In this document: positions 11,501 to 17,903 of the stretch, one piece after another | How positions within the stretch are numbered: position 1 is the first letter of the stretch | Layout: each line of letters starts with the position of its first letter | Source: an uncultured Eubacteriales bacterium | GTDB lineage: Bacteria; Bacillota; Clostridia; Christensenellales; CAG-917 | Assembly: GCA_900549225.1 (NCBI GenBank) | Contig: URNP01000005.1 | Coordinates: forward strand, 4,532-68,531 | DNA length: 64,000 bases | Direction: 5' to 3' | Position numbers and translations under genes: made by a program | Notes under the pieces: model-generated | Told to the model about the DNA's origin: nothing | The model's input: only the letters and a program-made list of their open reading frames with translations | The model's database searches: none

Positions 11501-11812
11501 GACGTTGACAAGCAAAAGTACGTCAACGGCGCGATCGCACTCTACGGCGGCGGAAAGAACTATAGTTTCGTTGATATAAGTCAGACCAACGGCAGCGATA
11601 TCGACGCAAAGAACAAGAAGTTCGAGTCGCTCCATTCTTACTCCGTACCCGTGTCCTGCTTTATGGAAAACGGCAGAACAGTGCTTATAAACTTCACGGC
11701 AGGCGTCGAACCGTTCAGATTCTATCTATACAACGCAAATAGCACGCTCGGCGTAGGAAAGCAACAAGCCGACTTGGCGGACGGCTCTGCGTACTCATGG
11801 CTTATGAAGTAA
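8537..11812 (+). CDS. Large membrane-anchored/secreted protein with Big_2-type Ig-like domains and a C-terminal right-handed beta-helix-like region
   Basis: N-terminal anchor LRVVALILVIPLLLIF. Big_2-like blocks GNVTIKAAAGEKF and GKTKVTAKYDG. Beta-helix-like repeats NGITISNVELKGC, DDCTISYSRINNG, ATINNSILSYG. The gene is 13 nt after the permease stop. Confidence 0.75.
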   Translation: MKNMKLRVVALILVIPLLLIFTTSSVTKTVDILVDVPVKSVKIADIAEKSVDIATGQGVAISASVEPSNATNSTIILSDEATKGKEDNKASVVIKDGVVYPLTAGNVTIKAAAGEKFDTVDLYFFSSKPMNGDMSVKEAVVTLKEGANFSAMSNFDLKSDAVDKVEYSVDDESVASINANFGTITALAPGKTKVTAKYDGIEVKEDGLIENESFEQSFELEVSIDKEKNPDGVTLGANEETQFVDVKKDQLLSTFYFWFDDTHKFGDFVLDFDNEIIESATPTLVSDGKVKVDVVYKTAAKTKGGCIVAIKKDGNVLKEHKIAFDENFHPGDDPSEISLSYITKDFVIVQSSTTSYRPYATIVDENGKEIDSKKYYAVFKSDNEDLLLTKYTAGCTVIGKEEGEVRVSVTLLRKSDNVQVAFLNTTIKVIKPYKNLHIQSEKMTVHTNHSSLDGTVAIGEYSYSANTLGKYNSLDAGLVPVDGTYSNNTTGFDSDKVVWSSTDESIAKYENGRLVLGENGGEVMLTVKNDVTTEIAEYDNCVASITIFVVKDGVNVSTEKQLTDTWKDGTKAAVLTKDIRIAEFVDKDIDDTSKLEEVINKAKSYLKTMRTTGEGAYFVNNGIEDKATVNYLFEITTSLYGNGYSIDADALTRQLDKKGGSPLFRGPLDLVRYAESGTQNASVKAQDNIVFLVKNNGITISNVELKGCSDESILDKEGKSIDLTLLDRVGTVLEVVGDDCTISYSRINNGRTVVRIYGKAYQKNATITADNADFYRVNATINNSILSYGREFILKIGTNFTKKMPFDSHGLNYLSGEYNASRDAYLYDEASPFLTKADGSKYIPDAIANATDEYFYDNYVLTDVTVENSVFRNAGLFSVGLESTFGGLCLHGFDYNSNYLFGKKTSYTSPTGRTGIGWAGVAGTSYPAALRLKGDVRFYDWKQLSSVNSDTLIEGSEQLLSAIGLNMDISKLIETFAKGANSDIVSVFDVDKQKYVNGAIALYGGGKNYSFVDISQTNGSDIDAKNKKFESLHSYSVPVSCFMENGRTVLINFTAGVEPFRFYLYNANSTLGVGKQQADLADGSAYSWLMK

Positions 11813-11840
11813 GCAAAAAAAATCGAATTTACCAAATCAA

Positions 11841-11877
11841 AAAACAACGCTTCAAAATCAGAAGCGTTGTTTTTTAT
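11841..11877 (+). terminator. Rho-independent terminator of the surface/ABC operon
   Basis: aacaacgcttc / gaagcgttgtt stem, loop aaaatca, followed by ttttatt. Confidence 0.85.
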
Positions 11878-12003
11878 TGCGATATTTGCATTTTGATTAT
11901 AAAATAAGTCGCTCGTTTTTTCAAACGTAAAGTTTTCGAGCGGAATATTTCGAGAAATATTAAAATAACGTTAATTAAAACGGGGCTTTATGCAAATTAT
12001 TGG

Positions 12004-12032
12004 TTGATTGTTGTTACTCTTGCTGTTATAAT
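12004..12032 (+). promoter_or_regulatory. Sigma-70-type promoter for the GPH transporter gene
   Basis: TTGATT (12004-12009), 17-nt spacer, TATAAT (12027-12032). Confidence 0.6.
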
Positions 12033-12066
12033 AATAAAGTAGTATTGTTTTTTACAAACAAAATAT

Positions 12067-14019
12067 ATGCTATGTGGTGAAATTATGAGTGAAAGTTCTC
12101 AAGCAACGGAAAAAGTCGGCGCAAAACAAAAACTCAATGCGTTTGCGCACAAACTTTTCGGTTCAACGCCGGGCGACGGCGAAATGCAACCCAAAGAAGG
12201 TTTTAGTTATTCTCTTTGCGGTTTCGGTCAAAACCTCATTTGCACGATCATTGGTTCATACCTCACCGTGTTTATGACGGACGCAATAGGCTTTCCCGTT
12301 ATCGGAGTCGCGATTTTGATGCTTTGTGCACGTATCTACGACGCACTCAACGACCCGATTATGGGATCAATCGTTGACAGAACGCGTACCAAATGGGGCA
12401 AATGTCGCCCGTATATGAAGTGGATGGCGTTCCCGATTGCCGCTATGACGGTGGTATGTTTCTTGCCATGGTATCCCAACAACGACGGCGGATTTGCGGC
12501 AATTTCCATTATGTACATAGTTTGGGGTATGGTTTACACGGTTGCGGACGTTCCTTATTGGGGACTTTCAACCGCAATGAGCAACGATACTTATCGCAGA
12601 GGCAATTTGCTTACGATCGCTCGTCTGTTCTGCACGCTCGGCGCAGGTATCGTCACCGTCTTTACTCCTATCATCACCCAAGCGTTGACCGCAAGCGACA
12701 ATGCTGTTGTTACAGCAGTTCAATCTGCTATGAACTATCTCAACAACGGCGACGCAGTCGTTTCAACCAACGAAACGATGATCAACCTTTTCAAGTCCCT
12801 TGAGAACGTCGGTTCTGCTTTGGCATCTTTCTCACCGACGAGCGATTTTAGCGGCAATGCCGCAGAAGCACTCAAAGGCGTTTACGATGCGTTTACCGCT
12901 GCCGGCATTGACGTCAATCAAAGCGGTGAAGTGCTGTTCAACCTTCGTGAAACTGCAAAACTCGGTATGCAACAAGATTTGAGATGGACGTATTTCGTCA
13001 TCGCAATCATTTGTTCCGCAGTTGCAGTTCCGCTCTTCTTCCTCGGATTCAAGAACACGACGGAAAGAAACGTATCTGTCGAGAATCCTCCGTCTTTGGG
13101 ACACAATCTCAAACTTTTGTTCAAAAACAAACCTTTGATGCTCATCGTGCTTTCCGGTATCGGCGGTGCGGCAAGAATGCTCTTCACCTATACAGGCGGT
13201 TTGTATTTCGCAAAATATATTATGAACAAAGAGGCTATGTATTCCTTGTTCACGATGGCAATCGTTCCGGGCGGCCTTATCGCTTCCTTACTCGTGCCTT
13301 TCTGCACCAAGAAATTTGGTAAGAAAAACACCTACATTTGGTCGCATATAGTCGGCGGCGTGGCAATGCTCATCGCCTTTATCGTCGGTATTGCCACGGA
13401 TAACGGCAACTACACGAGCACCGCAACTACGGTCGTATTGATCATCGCACTCGTCATTGCAGGCATTCCGTCGGGCTTTGGCAATATCATCACTTACGCA
13501 ATGATCGGCGACACCGTTGAGTATCTCGAACTCAAGACGGGCGAAAGAGCGGAAGGTATCTGCTTTGCAATGCAAACGCTCATCAACAAAATCGGTATGG
13601 CTGTCGGTGCATTCGTCGGTGTTCTTGCTTACTATATGGCTGGCGTCGAAGCAGGCAACGCAAAAGCAGTTTCTGCAGCAGGAAAAGATACAATGTGGTT
13701 TATGCTCGTAGGCATTGCGGCAATCAGTTTCTTCCTGACGGTTATCCCGCTCTTCTTCTACAAGTTCAATGAGAAACAACAACAAGAAGCAAAGGCTGAA
13801 ATCGAGGCAAGAAAAGGCGCAAACGCTGAACTCACTTCCGACGAACTCTCCGACGAAATCGTACGCGAAGCGTCCGAAAACGAAATCGAAGACGGAGCAC
13901 CTCAAGTGATTTTCCCCAACGAAGACAATCAAGCCGTTGCAATCGAAAAAGAAACGCCTTGCGATGAAAATTGCGATGAGTGTGACAAGAAAGAAGATTG
14001 TAAAAAAGACGAAGAGTAA
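12067..14019 (+). CDS. Glycoside-pentoside-hexuronide (GPH)/MFS-type cation symporter with long central loop and acidic Cys-containing C-terminal tail
   Basis: GPH-type motif DALNDPIMGSIVDRTRTKWGKCRPY and about 12 hydrophobic segments. The start may instead be ATG 12085 (MSESSQ...). Confidence 0.8.
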   Translation: MLCGEIMSESSQATEKVGAKQKLNAFAHKLFGSTPGDGEMQPKEGFSYSLCGFGQNLICTIIGSYLTVFMTDAIGFPVIGVAILMLCARIYDALNDPIMGSIVDRTRTKWGKCRPYMKWMAFPIAAMTVVCFLPWYPNNDGGFAAISIMYIVWGMVYTVADVPYWGLSTAMSNDTYRRGNLLTIARLFCTLGAGIVTVFTPIITQALTASDNAVVTAVQSAMNYLNNGDAVVSTNETMINLFKSLENVGSALASFSPTSDFSGNAAEALKGVYDAFTAAGIDVNQSGEVLFNLRETAKLGMQQDLRWTYFVIAIICSAVAVPLFFLGFKNTTERNVSVENPPSLGHNLKLLFKNKPLMLIVLSGIGGAARMLFTYTGGLYFAKYIMNKEAMYSLFTMAIVPGGLIASLLVPFCTKKFGKKNTYIWSHIVGGVAMLIAFIVGIATDNGNYTSTATTVVLIIALVIAGIPSGFGNIITYAMIGDTVEYLELKTGERAEGICFAMQTLINKIGMAVGAFVGVLAYYMAGVEAGNAKAVSAAGKDTMWFMLVGIAAISFFLTVIPLFFYKFNEKQQQEAKAEIEARKGANAELTSDELSDEIVREASENEIEDGAPQVIFPNEDNQAVAIEKETPCDENCDECDKKEDCKKDEE

Positions 14020-14042
14020 CTATTAAGTTAATCCAAAAAAAA

Positions 14043-14068
14043 GGAACGCAAAACTGCGTTCCTTTTTT
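14043..14068 (+). terminator. Rho-independent terminator
   Basis: ggaacgca / tgcgttcc stem, loop aaac, T6 tract. Confidence 0.85.
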
Positions 14069-14193
14069 CATTATCATTGTCGATTTCAATCCAACCCATA
14101 CAAAAAACAATTCATTTGTATAATAATCATCATAAAACACATATTTTGCATATATATACGAACTCTAATATCGTTGATTTTGTAAACTTTGTA

Positions 14194-14222
14194 TTGAACA
14201 TTGTGTAAATTAATGATATAAT
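14194..14222 (+). promoter_or_regulatory. Promoter of the marR-like gene; geometry implies a leaderless or near-leaderless mRNA
   Basis: TTGAAC (14194-14199), 17-nt spacer, TATAAT (14217-14222). The ATG at 14229 is only 6 nt after the -10 and no SD is present. Confidence 0.55.
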
Positions 14223-14228
14223 ACGCTT

Positions 14229-14660
14229 ATGGACTTGAAGAATACGGCTTATTTTTTTGCAGCGTTTCGCAAGTTGCTAAAGAGTTACACCGACTATCAA
14301 CTCAAAGAATTGAAGGGGTATGACCTCACTCCCAACGAAATCGTGGTGCTTTCGAGTATCGGCGTCGTGGGAATGGCAAGCGACATTGCGCAAAACGCGT
14401 GCGTATCGAAGGCTCTGGTATCTCGAAGTGTAAAGGAACTTCGGGACAAAGGGCTTATTTGCGCGTCCATTTCCGAAGTGGACAAGCGCGAGCAAAAACT
14501 CTCGCTCACTCCCGAAGGGGAAAAGGTTGCGGAATTGATCGCCGAGGCAAATCATAAGTTTTATCGAGTGGCGTTCAAGCATTTCGAGGACAACGAAAAG
14601 CGCGTACTTCAGGCACTAATGCAATTGATGCTCAACAATCTCGACGAGGAAGGGGAATGA
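14229..14660 (+). CDS. MarR family transcriptional regulator
   Basis: Size of 143 aa and a winged-helix core LTPNEIVVLSSIG..DIAQNACVSKALVSRSVKELRDKGLI..DKREQKLSLTPEG. Confidence 0.85.
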   Translation: MDLKNTAYFFAAFRKLLKSYTDYQLKELKGYDLTPNEIVVLSSIGVVGMASDIAQNACVSKALVSRSVKELRDKGLICASISEVDKREQKLSLTPEGEKVAELIAEANHKFYRVAFKHFEDNEKRVLQALMQLMLNNLDEEGE

Positions 14661-15877
14661 AATTTGACAGATTGATCGATCACAGGGAGGAGTCGGCAAA
14701 GCGGGCGCGCGAGAATATCGTGACTGTTTGCAAGTCGTTTGAAAATCGAAAATCAGGCAGCGAACAAGAAGCGGGCGCAAGCGCATATTTGCAAGAGCAA
14801 CTCCGAGAATTTTGCGACGTAAAAGAAGATGAATTCGACGTTTATCCCGAAGCGTATTCGGGCGTGTTCTACATTGTGCCGACTTTTGCGATTTTGTCGC
14901 TCGTGGCATACTTTTTCACGGCTATGGTGTCAATGCTGCTTGCGCTTATCGGCATAGTCGTTTTGCTCGTTCAGTTCGTGATGAATCAAAGAGCGCTTGA
15001 CTTGCTCTATCCCAAGAAGAAATCTCGCAACGCGACCGCGCTTTTGCACTGCACGGGCGAGGTCAAAAACAGAGTCTATTTCGTCGCAAACGTCGACGCG
15101 ACGCGTGAATGGACTCTCAAATACCGCATGGGCGGAACGATGTTTATCGCAACGCTGTTCGTTTTGCTGCTGGGGCTCGTATACACGGTGTGCGCAGATA
15201 TCGCAAGATGGATAATCGTAGGCGGACTCGGCTCGCAAATCGCAAACGGTGGCACGCTTATCGTCGGCTACGTCGGCTTGGGATTTTTGCCGTTTTATAT
15301 CGCAACCTATTTTGCAATAAACAAATCGAGAGTAGTGCCGGGCGCAAACGAGAATTTGAGCGGTTCGGCGGTCGCAATCGAAGTTATGCGTAGCATAAAG
15401 GAAAGCGAAACACCTCTCGAACACACCGAAGTCGGAGTGATTCTGACGGGTAGCGGAGCGGTCGGTTCACGCGGCGCGCACGCTTGGTGCGAGAAGTACG
15501 TCAAAGACGATGTGAAAACGTCTTTCGTTTGCCTTAACACTCTCAAAGAAGTGGATTCGCTCGGCGTAAACACGAGAGAGGGCAACGGACTCGTCAAAAA
15601 CGATTGCGCACTTGCCGATTTCGTCAAGAACTGTGCGGACGAGGCACAAATTCCTTTCAAAAAGCGTGCTCTTCTGTTCGGACACACCGACAGCGCCGAG
15701 TTTTCAAGAAACGGCTTTTCAAGCGTGAGCATAACGGGGTACGCACCCAAAAGCCCCGAGTATCTGCACACGAGATACGACACGCCCGACAACGTGAGCG
15801 AGCCGTGCCTTGAAAACGCATATACAGTCTGCGTGAAAATCGTGGAAAAACTCGAAGAGAGCGCCGTTTGCGATTGA
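14657..15877 (+). CDS. Membrane-embedded M28-peptidase-like protein with degenerate metal/catalytic residues (probable pseudo-enzyme); paralog of 44310-45578
   Basis: ATGA overlap with the marR stop. It aligns along its length with the 44310-45578 product (EHTEVGVILTGSGAVGSRGAHAWCEKY vs EHTEVGVIISGSEEAGLRGAMAWCEAH). The HxD, D, EE and D motifs are replaced (details in findings). Confidence 0.75.
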   Translation: MKFDRLIDHREESAKRARENIVTVCKSFENRKSGSEQEAGASAYLQEQLREFCDVKEDEFDVYPEAYSGVFYIVPTFAILSLVAYFFTAMVSMLLALIGIVVLLVQFVMNQRALDLLYPKKKSRNATALLHCTGEVKNRVYFVANVDATREWTLKYRMGGTMFIATLFVLLLGLVYTVCADIARWIIVGGLGSQIANGGTLIVGYVGLGFLPFYIATYFAINKSRVVPGANENLSGSAVAIEVMRSIKESETPLEHTEVGVILTGSGAVGSRGAHAWCEKYVKDDVKTSFVCLNTLKEVDSLGVNTREGNGLVKNDCALADFVKNCADEAQIPFKKRALLFGHTDSAEFSRNGFSSVSITGYAPKSPEYLHTRYDTPDNVSEPCLENAYTVCVKIVEKLEESAVCD

Positions 15878-15928
15878 CTTTTCGACATTCGCTCGGGAAA
15901 ACGAAAAATCTAATAAACACATATAATT

Positions 15929-15961
15929 ACGCTCGTTTGCTTTCGCAATGCGAGCGTTTTT
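15929..15961 (+). terminator. Rho-independent terminator
   Basis: acgctcg ... cgagcgt outer stem, inner ttgc/gcaa, followed by tttt. Confidence 0.7.
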
Positions 15962-16051
15962 CCAGAATTGCGTACTTTTCAAATCTCGAAACATATGTTA
16001 TATTGCTTGTAAGGGCGCATTTTGCGCAAAAACAATCTTAAAGAGGAAATT

Positions 16052-17359
16052 ATGAAAATCGTTTTTATCGGCGCAGGTATGGCATCGCTCGTTGCAAGCG
16101 AAAGACTCGCAAGAGCAGGATTCGACGTTGGCGTTTTTGAAAAGGACGCATACGCAAACATTTCGTACGACTGGCACGACGACATCAATCGCGACGCTTT
16201 CGATATGTTCAATCTTCCGCTTCCCAAAGAGGGAACGTATTTTCCAAAGCGCAACTGGACGTTCGTTCCGCCCGCAGAGCGCATCGAAGTGAGTTTGCAT
16301 ATCCCCGAAAAAGAACTCGATTGGTCAACCGAAAGGCGCATTCTTGCCCAGCAGTACGTTGACAGAGCAAAGGACGTCGTGGATTTCCACTTCGCGACGC
16401 CCGTTGACAGCCTTATCGTCGAAGGCGGCAAGGTGAAGGGAATCGTGGCAAACGGCGAGAAATTCTACGCCGACCTCGTCGTTGACAATTCGGGCGCAAT
16501 GTCACCGTTCAGAGGTCAACTTCCAAAATCCGCGCACGTCACTGCAAAACCGCAAAACAACGAGATTTTCGTTGCCTATCGTGCATTCCACAAGAAAGCC
16601 GACGGAGTCAAAGACCCCGAAAACACCAACAAGGCGTATCTCAAACACCTCGGCGAAGAGGGCATCAGTTGGAGTATCGTCGATCCTGCAGGCACTGTGA
16701 ACGTGCTTATCGGAAGAGCGGGGCAACTTGACAAGCAAACCTTCGATCGCGCGTATAAGGCTCTCAAAGCCTCAAATCCCATCATCAGCGACGAAATCGT
16801 TCGCGGAGGTCGCACCTGCATCATTCCCATCAGATATCCGCTTACGCGCATGATGACTGACGGCTACGCCGCAATCGGCGACGCCGCGTTTATGACTATT
16901 CCGATGATCGGGAGCGGCATTGAAAACTCGATGAAAGCCGCGTGCATTTTGGCTGACGTCATCATCAAATCAAATTCCGTCAAAAAAGAGGATTTGTGGA
17001 AATACGAGGTTGAGTATTACAAACTTCGCGGCGGCGATCACGTCGGCATCGACATTCTCAAACGCTGGCTTTTGGGCGCAAAACCGCAAGATCTCGATTG
17101 GCTCTTTGAAAAGGGCGTCGTTGACGACAGCAACATGGCGGCAGGCGCAACGGGCAAACTCATCGTGCTTTCTCCAAAAGACTTGGTCGTGAAGGTGGCA
17201 AGAGGGTGGACGAAACTTCCGTTGCTCCTTGCAATGAACAATATGCTTATGCGCTCCAAAAAAGCGGCAAAAATCGCAAAGCATATTCCCCAAACCTACG
17301 ACGAAGAGAAGATCGCAAAGTGGGAGAGCAAAATCGAGAAACTCGTATACCACAAATAG
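16052..17359 (+). CDS. FAD/NAD(P)-binding oxidoreductase (geranylgeranyl-reductase-like family)
   Basis: RBS aagagga, then ATG 16052. N-terminal Rossmann motif MKIVFIGAGMASLVASERLARAGFDVGVFEK. The TTG at 16022 in the ORF track is probably upstream of the true start. Confidence 0.8.
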   Translation: MKIVFIGAGMASLVASERLARAGFDVGVFEKDAYANISYDWHDDINRDAFDMFNLPLPKEGTYFPKRNWTFVPPAERIEVSLHIPEKELDWSTERRILAQQYVDRAKDVVDFHFATPVDSLIVEGGKVKGIVANGEKFYADLVVDNSGAMSPFRGQLPKSAHVTAKPQNNEIFVAYRAFHKKADGVKDPENTNKAYLKHLGEEGISWSIVDPAGTVNVLIGRAGQLDKQTFDRAYKALKASNPIISDEIVRGGRTCIIPIRYPLTRMMTDGYAAIGDAAFMTIPMIGSGIENSMKAACILADVIIKSNSVKKEDLWKYEVEYYKLRGGDHVGIDILKRWLLGAKPQDLDWLFEKGVVDDSNMAAGATGKLIVLSPKDLVVKVARGWTKLPLLLAMNNMLMRSKKAAKIAKHIPQTYDEEKIAKWESKIEKLVYHK

Positions 17360-17561
17360 CCTGTTATAAACGGATGTGCTGTCAATGCCAATCTGTATAA
17401 TCGGTTGCCTCTTAAATTGCTCGATTGCCTTTTTGACGTTCACTTGGACAGCGGAAATGGACAGGGCGTTGAATTATAGTATGAAAAAGAAAATTCGTAC
17501 TAAAAAAATTCCGCTTTGATTTCCGTCGGACAGAAAAAACGAATCGGCTTTCGGCCCTTCG

Positions 17562-17858
17562 TTGGAAGAGCCGAACGAGGGGACTTATTTGCCTGCCTTT
17601 GTAAGTTGTATAATAACGTATGCGATACTGTTTGCGTCCGTTATAGCGCAAATTGTCGTTCATTGTGTTGTCAAAGTCGATAAGGTCGATGCCTATATGA
17701 TGCTCGGAACGGCCGCGGCAAATATCCTCAATACGTGTGTTGTTCGTTCGATTGTCGAGCATTATGTGCGCAAATATTCTTGGAACAAACCGTATTATAT
17801 GAACAAAATATCGGCAATCCAAAAGGATAAAGACAAAGACGATAAGCAAAGAAAATAA
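17562..17858 (+). CDS. Hypothetical small membrane protein (weak call)
   Basis: TTG-initiated ORF with one hydrophobic segment (YLPAFVSCIITYAILFASVIAQIVV) and a Lys/Asp-rich tail. It ends right at a strong hairpin terminator. No homology recognised. Confidence 0.25.
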   Translation: MEEPNEGTYLPAFVSCIITYAILFASVIAQIVVHCVVKVDKVDAYMMLGTAAANILNTCVVRSIVEHYVRKYSWNKPYYMNKISAIQKDKDKDDKQRK

Positions 17859-17889
17859 AAATAGCACCGCAATAAGCGGTGCTATTTTT
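17857..17889. terminator. Bidirectional terminator hairpin between convergent genes
   Basis: atagcaccgc / gcggtgctat stem flanked by an A-run and a T-run. Confidence 0.8.
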
Positions 17890-17903
17890 ATTTGTCGAAT
17901 AAT

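Noticed and set aside
17412-17867. 151-aa minus-strand ORF in the 17.4-17.9 kb gap.
   Set aside because: It has an implausible Arg/Phe/Ile-rich composition and no RBS. It would also run into the terminator hairpin in the wrong sense. The plus-strand 98-aa ORF is retained only as a weak call.
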